A DNA stretch of 37,251 bases, from NCBI GenBank assembly GCA_026400595.1, contig JAPLOT010000287.1:1-37251 (forward strand). Reading direction: 5' to 3'. Shown one piece after another: positions 29,882 to 37,251 of this stretch (positions are counted from its first letter, which is position 1; each line of letters opens with the position of its first letter). Origin of the DNA: Alphaproteobacteria bacterium. GTDB lineage: Bacteria; Pseudomonadota; Alphaproteobacteria; Rhizobiales; Aestuariivirgaceae. The position numbers and the translations under genes were made by a program. The notes under the pieces are model-generated. The model searched no databases and was not told the origin of the DNA. It saw only the letters and a list, made by a program, of their open reading frames with translations.

Positions 29882-31993
29882 ATGACCTCTACACTCTGGC
29901 TGATCGTGCTCGCGGGCGCGCTCTCCATCGTGTACGGCATCGTCACCACGCGGAGCCTGATGGCTGCCGACGCCGGTACGGCCCGTATGCAGGAAATCTC
30001 CGCGGCGGTGCGCGAAGGCGCCCAAGCCTATCTAAACCGCCAGTACACCACCATCGCCATCGTCGGTGTGGTGATCTTCGTGCTGGCCTGGCTGCTGCTC
30101 GGCGTCTGGTCGGCCATCGGCTTCGCCATCGGCGCGGTTCTGTCGGGCGTCGCAGGCTTCATCGGCATGAACGTCTCGGTGCGCGCCAACGTGCGCGTGG
30201 CGCAGGCCGCGACCAAGTCGCTGGCCGGCGGCCTTGACCTCGCCTTCAAGGCGGGCGCCGTGACCGGCCTTCTGGTCGCAGGCCTCGGCCTGCTCGGCGT
30301 GACCCTCTACTTCGGCTTCCTAAAGGACTCGCTCGGACTTGATCCCACCGGCCGCACTGTCATCGACGCGCTGGTGGCGCTGTCCTTCGGCGCCTCGCTG
30401 ATCTCCATCTTTGCCCGTCTTGGCGGCGGCATCTTCACCAAGGGTGCGGACGTCGGCGGCGACATGGTGGGCAAGGTCGAGGCGGGCATTCCGGAAGACG
30501 ACCCGCGCAACCCGGCGACCATCGCCGACAACGTGGGCGACAATGTCGGCGACTGCGCCGGCATGGCGGCCGACCTCTTCGAGACCTATGTCGTGACCAC
30601 GGTGGCCACCATGGTTCTCGCGGCCATCGCACTTCCCGCCGAGTTCAAGCTCGCCGGCATGGTGCTGCCGCTCGCCATCGGCGGCGCCTGCGTGGTGACC
30701 TCGATCATCGGCACCTATTTCGTGAAGCTGGGCGCCAACAACAACATCATGGGGGCGCTCTACAAGGGTGTGATCGCCACCGGCGTGCTGTCCCTCGTGG
30801 CGCTCTACCCGGTCATCTCCATGGTCTTCGGCGGCATGGGTGTTTCAATCACGACGACCGATGCCACCTTCACCCCGATGCATCTCTTTGCCTGCGGCGT
30901 GGTGGGCCTGATCATCACCGCGGCGATCATCTGGATCACCGAGTACTATACCGGCACGGGCAAGCGCCCGGTCAACTCGATCGCCGAGGCCTCGATCACC
31001 GGCCACGGCACCAACGTGATCCAGGGCCTTGCGGTGTCGATGGAAGCGACCGCCCTTCCGGCCCTTGTCATCATTGCGGGCATCATCGTGACCTATCTGC
31101 TGGGAGGCCTCTTCGGCACGGCAGTTGCGGTCACCACCATGCTGGCGCTGGCCGGCATGATCGTGGCGCTCGACGCCTTCGGCCCGGTCACCGACAATGC
31201 CGGCGGCATCGCCGAAATGGCGGGCCTGCCCAAGGAAGTGCGCCACAACACCGACGCGCTCGACGCTGTGGGCAACACCACCAAGGCGGTCACCAAGGGC
31301 TATGCCATCGGGTCCGCCGGCCGTGGCGCGCTGGTGCTCTTCGCCGCCTATACGCAGGACCTCAAGACCTTCTTCCCGCAGGTGCCGGTCACCTTTGATC
31401 TGTCCAGCCCCTGGGTTGTGGTCGGCCTGCTCTTCGGCGGCCTGCTGCCCTACCTCTTCGGGGGCATGTCGATGACCGCAGTGGGCCGCGCGGCCCAGTC
31501 GGTGGTGGTCGAGGTGCGGCGTCAGTTCAAGGAGAAGCCGGGCATCATGGAAGGCAAGGAAAAGCCGGACTATGCCCGCGCCGTCGACCTGCTGACCAAG
31601 GCGGCGATCAAGGAGATGATCCTGCCCTCGCTGCTGCCGGTCCTGTCGCCCATCGTGGTCTACTTCGTGATCAACGCCATTGCCGGCCAGGCCGCGGCCT
31701 TCTCGGCGGTGGGCGCCATGCTCATGGGCGTGATCGTCACCGGCCTCTTCGTCGCCATCTCGATGACGGCGGGCGGCGGCGCCTGGGACAATGCGAAGAA
31801 GTCCTTCGAGGACGGCTTCGTCGACTCCAAGGGCGTGAAGCACTTCAAGGGCTCCGAGGCGCACAAGGCCTCGGTCACCGGCGACACGGTCGGCGATCCC
31901 TACAAGGACACCGCCGGTCCGGCGGTGAACCCGATGATCAAGATCACCAACATCGTGGCGCTGCTGCTGCTGGCGGTTCTCGCCGGGCACTGA
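29882..31993 (+). CDS. hppA: Membrane-bound H+-translocating pyrophosphatase, K+-independent type
   Basis: [61 protein letters not shown]; ATG 29882. Confidence 0.95.
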   Translation: MTSTLWLIVLAGALSIVYGIVTTRSLMAADAGTARMQEISAAVREGAQAYLNRQYTTIAIVGVVIFVLAWLLLGVWSAIGFAIGAVLSGVAGFIGMNVSVRANVRVAQAATKSLAGGLDLAFKAGAVTGLLVAGLGLLGVTLYFGFLKDSLGLDPTGRTVIDALVALSFGASLISIFARLGGGIFTKGADVGGDMVGKVEAGIPEDDPRNPATIADNVGDNVGDCAGMAADLFETYVVTTVATMVLAAIALPAEFKLAGMVLPLAIGGACVVTSIIGTYFVKLGANNNIMGALYKGVIATGVLSLVALYPVISMVFGGMGVSITTTDATFTPMHLFACGVVGLIITAAIIWITEYYTGTGKRPVNSIAEASITGHGTNVIQGLAVSMEATALPALVIIAGIIVTYLLGGLFGTAVAVTTMLALAGMIVALDAFGPVTDNAGGIAEMAGLPKEVRHNTDALDAVGNTTKAVTKGYAIGSAGRGALVLFAAYTQDLKTFFPQVPVTFDLSSPWVVVGLLFGGLLPYLFGGMSMTAVGRAAQSVVVEVRRQFKEKPGIMEGKEKPDYARAVDLLTKAAIKEMILPSLLPVLSPIVVYFVINAIAGQAAAFSAVGAMLMGVIVTGLFVAISMTAGGGAWDNAKKSFEDGFVDSKGVKHFKGSEAHKASVTGDTVGDPYKDTAGPAVNPMIKITNIVALLLLAVLAGH

Positions 31994-32018
31994 GCCCGAC
32001 AGCGATGTGATGCAAGCC

Positions 32019-32054
32019 ACCCCGTCCGGAGCGATCCGGGCGGGGTTTCATTTT
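32019..32054 (+). terminator. Rho-independent terminator of hppA
   Basis: 12-bp stem ACCCCGTCCGGA / TCCGGGCGGGGT (one G-U), GCGA tetraloop, followed by TTCATTTT. Confidence 0.85.
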
Positions 32055-32064
32055 GGCGCAGCCG

Positions 32065-33054
32065 CTAGGACCCGCGCATCTGGCGGCGCTTCTTCATCGC
32101 CTCATGAGCTTCCGGCGTGCCGTCGTGGAAGGAGCCGAACCACTTGTCGAGCGGCACCATGCCGTCGGCGTAGTTCACTTCGAAGTATTTGTGATGCAGG
32201 TAGTGCGCATAGTACGAGACATCCATCGACGCCGTGCCGCCCAGTGCCAGCCGGTCGAAGCCGGTGTGGCCCTGTGCCGGCGCCAGGCCAAGCCGCGATG
32301 CCAGGTTGATCATGTGCACGGGGTGGGCAGGGATGAGGAAGAACAGCAGGATCGTCGAGAAATAGATCAGGTGTTCGAGCGGGTGCATCGACAGCCCCGA
32401 CCACGGCCCTGGGTTGACATTGCGGTGATGCAGCTTGTGGGCCACTTCGTAGAGCGGCGAAAAGTGGAGAAGCCGGTGGGCGAAGTAGAATCCGACCTCG
32501 TGGATGAAAGGCACCACGAAGAACATGGCGATGAACCAGACGGGATGATCCGCGAAGCTGATGAAGGGCGCGAAGCCGTTGGCATAGGCCCAGAGCAGCA
32601 GGACTTCATAGGCGGTCCAGATCGGCACGCCGCTCACGAGCGTGTGGAACATGTTGTCGTAGGTCTGGTTGCCGAAAAGGAAGGCGGATGACTCGCGCGG
32701 CCACTGGCGATTGTACTTGAAGGCCGTCTCCTGTTTCCGCCAGACATAGAGCCACAGATGCCAGGCACTGTAGACGAGAAGGGCCAGCACGAGGTTGCGC
32801 AGAAGGATGAGCCCGACCCAGCCCGGTTCGAAGTTCCGCATGTCATCGAGCGAAGGCGTCAGATAGCTCCAGATGAGCACAGCGCCGATGGCGTAGAGCG
32901 TGTTGCCGGGCAGCAGGTATCCGGGAAAGCCGAAGAACCACTTGAACAACTGGGCGGGCTGCGGCGGCCATTGAAAGGCCGGACCATAGCTGATGGGCGC
33001 CGTGGGCACCCAATTGCCGCGCCTGTCATCCGTTCCATAGGCCGAGTCATCCAT
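32065..33054 (-). CDS. Sterol desaturase / fatty acid hydroxylase superfamily protein
   Basis: His boxes HRLLH, HKLHH, H...HYLHH; NYAD...LDKWFGS; TM segments; ATG 33054. Confidence 0.9.
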   Translation of the reverse strand: MDDSAYGTDDRRGNWVPTAPISYGPAFQWPPQPAQLFKWFFGFPGYLLPGNTLYAIGAVLIWSYLTPSLDDMRNFEPGWVGLILLRNLVLALLVYSAWHLWLYVWRKQETAFKYNRQWPRESSAFLFGNQTYDNMFHTLVSGVPIWTAYEVLLLWAYANGFAPFISFADHPVWFIAMFFVVPFIHEVGFYFAHRLLHFSPLYEVAHKLHHRNVNPGPWSGLSMHPLEHLIYFSTILLFFLIPAHPVHMINLASRLGLAPAQGHTGFDRLALGGTASMDVSYYAHYLHHKYFEVNYADGMVPLDKWFGSFHDGTPEAHEAMKKRRQMRGS

Positions 33055-33189
33055 CTGCAGATCCTCCGCGCGGCATCGCACGGATTATTGCACTCCCGAC
33101 TGCGCCGGACAATCTTGTCGACTGGTCCGACCAGATGCTTGCATTCTGGTCGCTTGTGCTGCCAGTAAGGGCCAGCAATGGGGTTGAGC

Positions 33190-34086
33190 ATGCTGATCGG
33201 AATCGACTGGGGCGGGACCAAGATCGAAGGTGTAGCGATGGAGCCGGATGGTCGGGAATTGCTCCGGCTTCGCGAACCGACGCCGCGGCACGACTACCAC
33301 GGCTGCATCGCAGCCATCAGGACGATGATCGCCGCGCTGGAGGCGAGGACGGGACGAAGGGGTTCGATCGGCATCGGCATTCCAGGCTCGCTCGAGCCCA
33401 TCAGCCGCCTCGGCAAGGGGGCGAGCTCGACCTGGATCCTCGGCAAGCCGGTCGAGGCCGATCTCAAGTCCGCTCTGGCCCGGGACATTCGCGTGGAGAA
33501 CGACGCCGACTGTTTTGCCGCTTCAGAAGCTGTGGACGGGGCGGGGGCAGGCTACAACGTGGTCTTCGCCGTGATCCTCGGGTCCGGAGCAGGGGCGGGC
33601 ATTGCGGTGAACGGTCGGGCACACCACGGGCCGAACAACAGCGGCGGCGAATGGGGTCACAATCCGCTACCCTTTCCCGACACCACTGAAATCCCGGGCA
33701 AGGCCTGTTACTGCGGCCGCCATGGCTGCATGGAAACCTGGGTCTCGGGCCGTGCCTTCGAGGCGCAATATGCCGAGCACAAGGGCGTGGAACTCAAGGC
33801 CGCCGAGATCATGGACCTGAAGCGCAAGGGTGACCATCTCGCCAATCTGCTCTGGCAGTACTACATCGACCGCGTGGCACGGGGCCTCGCGACGGTCGTC
33901 AACACGCTCGACCCCGACGTTCTCGTCATGGGCGGCGGCATGTCGAATGTCGATGAACTCTACGACGACCTGCCGCCTGCGCTGGCCCGGCGGACCTTCT
34001 CGACGGTGTTCCACACGCCGATCATCCGCAACAGGCATGGCGATGCCAGCGGCGTGCGCGGCGCGGCCTGGCTGTGGAGGGACTGA
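33190..34086 (+). CDS. ROK-family sugar kinase (Mak/fructokinase-like)
   Basis: GIDWGGTKIE, ENDADC, GEWGHNPL, CYCGRHGCME zinc motif. Confidence 0.9.
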   Translation: MLIGIDWGGTKIEGVAMEPDGRELLRLREPTPRHDYHGCIAAIRTMIAALEARTGRRGSIGIGIPGSLEPISRLGKGASSTWILGKPVEADLKSALARDIRVENDADCFAASEAVDGAGAGYNVVFAVILGSGAGAGIAVNGRAHHGPNNSGGEWGHNPLPFPDTTEIPGKACYCGRHGCMETWVSGRAFEAQYAEHKGVELKAAEIMDLKRKGDHLANLLWQYYIDRVARGLATVVNTLDPDVLVMGGGMSNVDELYDDLPPALARRTFSTVFHTPIIRNRHGDASGVRGAAWLWRD

Positions 34087-34088
34087 GC

Positions 34089-34871
34089 ATGTCGCTGACG
34101 CGCCGCTACGAATTCGGGCTCTCGCTGATCCGCGACGCGGGCGAGCTGGCGCTCGGCTACTTCAACAACCGCACCAGCCTTTCGATCCAGAGCAAGGGTC
34201 CGCAGGACATGGCCAGCGAGGCCGACCTCAATACCGAGCTGCTGGTCAAGTCGCGGCTTGCCGAGGCCTTTCCCGAGGATGCGTTTCTCGGCGAAGAAAC
34301 GGGGCGCACGGGCTTTGCGAAGGACCAGGGCATCTGGGTGGTCGATCCCATCGACGGCACGCAGCCCTTCATCTGCGGGCTCACGAGCTGGTGCGTGTCG
34401 ATCGCCTTCGTCAGCGGCGGCGCAGTGCAGTTCGGCATGGTCTACGCGCCCGCGCGGGACGAATTGTTCGCCGGCGGGGCCGGCCATGCGGCCACCCTCA
34501 ACGGGCAGCCGATCCGCGGGGCCCGTGCCGCTTCCGTGAAGGACGGGCTGATCGGCGCAGGCTTTTCGCCGAAGAGTGGCGTCGATCAGTTTCTCCCGGC
34601 CTTCGAGCGGTTCCTGCGCGCCGGCGGCATGTTCTACCGCGATGGCTCGGGTGCGCTGGGCCTCTGCTATGTTGCATCAGGCCGTCTCATCGGCTTCTTC
34701 GAGCCCGTCATCAAGTCATGGGACTGCCTCGGCGCCGTTGCCGTGGTACAGGCCGCGGGCCTCAGGACCAATGACTTCCTGGCGGGAGACGGTCTCTTCT
34801 CCGGAAACCCGATCATCGCCGGGAACGACGCGGTCTATGCCGAGTTGTCGGCGCTCGCCGGATATGCCTGA
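34089..34871 (+). CDS. Inositol monophosphatase family protein
   Basis: LGEE, WVVDPIDGT, WDC motifs. Confidence 0.9.
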   Translation: MSLTRRYEFGLSLIRDAGELALGYFNNRTSLSIQSKGPQDMASEADLNTELLVKSRLAEAFPEDAFLGEETGRTGFAKDQGIWVVDPIDGTQPFICGLTSWCVSIAFVSGGAVQFGMVYAPARDELFAGGAGHAATLNGQPIRGARAASVKDGLIGAGFSPKSGVDQFLPAFERFLRAGGMFYRDGSGALGLCYVASGRLIGFFEPVIKSWDCLGAVAVVQAAGLRTNDFLAGDGLFSGNPIIAGNDAVYAELSALAGYA

Positions 34872-34889
34872 CGCGCAGGACCGTGACGC

Positions 34890-34918
34890 TTGTTCCGGCG
34901 CCGGGCGCAATCTATCGT
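34890..34918 (+). promoter_or_regulatory. Putative sigma70 promoter of the ureohydrolase gene
   Basis: TTGTTC-N17-TATCGT ending 9 nt before ATG 34928; no SD. Confidence 0.4.
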
Positions 34919-34927
34919 CCATCCATC

Positions 34928-35935
34928 ATGACCCAAGATGATTTCGAAGCTGCCAAGCGCTCCGCCGCCTCCTGGTATTGGTGGGGTATTCCCACGTTTT
35001 TCCGCTGCCCCTGGAACGAGGACCCGTCGCAATGCGATATCGCCCTGGTAGGCGTTCCGCACAGCAGCGGCAACGGCTCGACCGAGCGCGACCAGCACCT
35101 TGGACCACGCGCGGTGCGCAATGTCTCCGGCTTCTATCGCCGGGCCCACGGGGTCCACAACGTGGCGCCCTTCGAGCAATTGCGCATCAGCGACCTGGGC
35201 GACGTGCCATTGCCGGAGGCCATGAACAACGAGGCCTGCGTTCGCGACATCGAAGCCTATTTCGCGCGGCTGGATGCGGCCGGCGCGCGGCCGGTCGCAA
35301 TCGGCGGCGATCACTCGATCACCGGGCCGATCCTCAAGGCCATTGCCGGACCGGGCCGCAACCTCTCGGGCGGAAAGCCGGTGGCGCTGATTCACTTCGA
35401 CGCGCACACCGACAGTTACGAGAACATGCCGCACTGGCTGGGCGCAAAGCGTTCGGCGGCTCACTGGGCCGCCTACACGGTGCGCGAGGACGCGGTCGAT
35501 GCCGCGCGCAGCACGCAGGTCGGCATGCGCGGTCATCCTTCGGGCCTGATCCATGGCGGCAGGGTGGGCGGCAGCAGCGAGGCGCTGGGCTACCGCGTCA
35601 TCAAGATGGACGAGTTCGAGCGGCTTGGCGTGGATGCAACGGTTGCCATGATCCGCGAGCGCGCGGGCGAGGGCCCTTGCTACATCACCTTCGATCTCGA
35701 CTGCCTCGACCCCTCCGTGGCGCCCGGCGTGTCCAATCTCGAACCGGGCTTCGGCGGCTTCTCGATCCGCGAGGCGACGCGGTTGCTGCAGGGGTTGAAG
35801 GGGCTGGACATCATCGGTGGAGATGTCGTCTGCCTGATGCCGACCAAGGACAGCCCCAACAACATCACGGCACAGGTCGCCATGGTGATGATGTTCGAGA
35901 TCCTGACGCTGATCGCCTTGCGGAAGACCGACTGA
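34928..35935 (+). CDS. Ureohydrolase (agmatinase/arginase family), substrate unknown
   Basis: GGDHSIT, HFDAHTD and TFDLDCLDP..APG metal-binding motifs. Confidence 0.9.
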   Translation: MTQDDFEAAKRSAASWYWWGIPTFFRCPWNEDPSQCDIALVGVPHSSGNGSTERDQHLGPRAVRNVSGFYRRAHGVHNVAPFEQLRISDLGDVPLPEAMNNEACVRDIEAYFARLDAAGARPVAIGGDHSITGPILKAIAGPGRNLSGGKPVALIHFDAHTDSYENMPHWLGAKRSAAHWAAYTVREDAVDAARSTQVGMRGHPSGLIHGGRVGGSSEALGYRVIKMDEFERLGVDATVAMIRERAGEGPCYITFDLDCLDPSVAPGVSNLEPGFGGFSIREATRLLQGLKGLDIIGGDVVCLMPTKDSPNNITAQVAMVMMFEILTLIALRKTD

Positions 35936-37069
35936 TCAGGCGGGGTGCCACCACTTGCCGGCGATGACGACGCCGCGGCTGTTGATCCTGCGATCGCCAG
36001 TGAGATGCTCGCCGACGACATCGACGTAGTCGAACTCTCCCTCGTCAACCGACAGGATGGTCGCATCGCCGGCACATCCCGGCTTCAATGAGCCGAGCTC
36101 CGGCCGCTTCAGGGCGAAGGCCGCCGTCTCGGTGGAGGCCTTGATGACATCGGGCAGGCTCATGCCGAGGCACAGGAACTTCGACATGGTCGTGACCTGA
36201 TCGAAGGCCGGCCCATTGATGCAAAGCGCATGGACATCCGACGAGATCGTATCGGGCGGAAAACCGTTCGCCAGCATGGCGCGCGCCGTCTTGAAGGCGA
36301 AGGATCCCATGCCATGGCCGATGTCGAAGAGCACGCCGCGCCTGCGGGCGGCGAGGACAGCCGGCTTGACCGTGCCCTGAGCCGTGCAGGGCGCGTTGGG
36401 GAAGGGACGGAAGGCGTGCGTCAGGACATCGCCGGGACGCAGCCGCTCGATCACCTCTTCGTAGGATGGCGGCGGCTCGTCGATGTGGGCCATGAGCGGA
36501 AGCCCTGTCTCCTCGGCGACCTGCAAGGCAATGCCAAGCGGGGCGGCGCCCTGGTCACCGCTCGCGTGGCGTCCGACCCGCACCTTGATCCCCACGATCA
36601 CGTCGCGATTTGCATCTGCAACCGCGGCGGCGGTGACCGGGTCCATGAGGCGGATGTCCTCGCTCTCGCCAACCATGACGGTGTTGGAAAATCCGTAGAT
36701 GCCGGCATGCGAGACATGGAGATAGGCAAGGATCCGAACCTGCGAGCGTTCGATCACATGCCGACGGAAGCCCATGAAGTTGCCGGGTCCCGCCGATCCC
36801 GTGTCGACGGCGGTGGTGACCCCGCTGGTCCGGCAGAAGTCCTCGGCATCGATGCCGAGCGAGGTGCCACCCCAATAGACATGGGTGTGGAGATCGATCA
36901 GCCCCGGAGCGACGATAAGACCCGAGACATCGCGTACCACCGTGGAGGCATCTGATTTCACAGTCTCGCCGATTGCTGCGACCTTGCCCTGCGAGAACCC
37001 GACATCACAGACTCGATCCAGGCCCTGCGAGGGATCGATGACGCGCCCGCCACGCAGGATCAGATCCAT
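35936..37069 (-). CDS. Amidohydrolase/deacetylase family metallohydrolase (dihydroorotase-like)
   Basis: PGLIDLHTH, GVTTAVDTGSAG, GIKVR, MAHI, LTH, DIGHG.GSF, ISSD.H. Confidence 0.9.
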   Translation of the reverse strand: MDLILRGGRVIDPSQGLDRVCDVGFSQGKVAAIGETVKSDASTVVRDVSGLIVAPGLIDLHTHVYWGGTSLGIDAEDFCRTSGVTTAVDTGSAGPGNFMGFRRHVIERSQVRILAYLHVSHAGIYGFSNTVMVGESEDIRLMDPVTAAAVADANRDVIVGIKVRVGRHASGDQGAAPLGIALQVAEETGLPLMAHIDEPPPSYEEVIERLRPGDVLTHAFRPFPNAPCTAQGTVKPAVLAARRRGVLFDIGHGMGSFAFKTARAMLANGFPPDTISSDVHALCINGPAFDQVTTMSKFLCLGMSLPDVIKASTETAAFALKRPELGSLKPGCAGDATILSVDEGEFDYVDVVGEHLTGDRRINSRGVVIAGKWWHPA

Positions 37070-37074
37070 GGCGA

Positions 37075-37251
37075 CTACAGCTTGCGGCCCAGCATCGGTC
37101 CCGGCGTGGCACTGCCGCCGGTCTTGAGCAGGAGGCTGAGGATACTGGTGTCTTCTCCCATTACCACGCTCTTGCCCGAATTCACGTCGATGACCCGGCC
37201 GTCCTGAAGGCCGTACTGGGCAAAGCTCTGGACCTGGTCGTTCTTGTCGAA
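37075..37251 (-). CDS. bamE: Outer membrane assembly lipoprotein BamE/OmlA, 3' fragment
   Basis: Manual translation: FDKNDQVQSFAQYGLQDGRVIDVNSGKSVVMGEDTSILSLLLKTGG...RKL*; resembles the rhizobial BamE C-terminus (FD......YGLQDG.V.D). Confidence 0.7.
   Translation of the reverse strand, partial: FDKNDQVQSFAQYGLQDGRVIDVNSGKSVVMGEDTSILSLLLKTGGSATPGPMLGRKL

Overview
GC-rich alphaproteobacterial chromosome segment; gene order suggests Hyphomicrobiales (inference). The conserved backbone runs parC ... bpt/ate ... hemB ... ldtR - L,D-transpeptidase - (hemA) - glyA - nrdR - ribD - ribE - ribH - nusB - MFS - (pseudouridine synthase) - hppA ... bamE. Two apparently accessory blocks interrupt it. The first (about 5.9-15.2 kb) holds two small secreted proteins, a histidine phosphatase, a frameshifted tetR with an HlyD/ABC efflux operon, a three-gene uncharacterised module and a DMT transporter. 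The second (about 32-37 kb) holds a sterol-desaturase-family gene, ROK kinase, inositol monophosphatase, a divergent ureohydrolase and an amidohydrolase. The best candidate for an undescribed system is 11066-14210: a stand-alone bacterial enzyme with the full eukaryotic PRMT motif set (most like PRMT9/PRMT7), divergent from a PAS-like protein that converges on a GNAT/acyl-synthase-like protein. Both control regions carry CtrA-like motifs, GANTC sites and a shared 11-bp element. Other points: an FNR-type box centred exactly -41.5 from the hemA ATG (probable leaderless mRNA), apparent internal deletions in hemA and tetR (real or assembly artefacts), and Lys/Arg-rich tails on the L,D-transpeptidase, GlyA and RibH. 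No rRNA, tRNA, CRISPR array, transposase or integrase was seen. All family calls come from motif recognition by eye, not from database searches.
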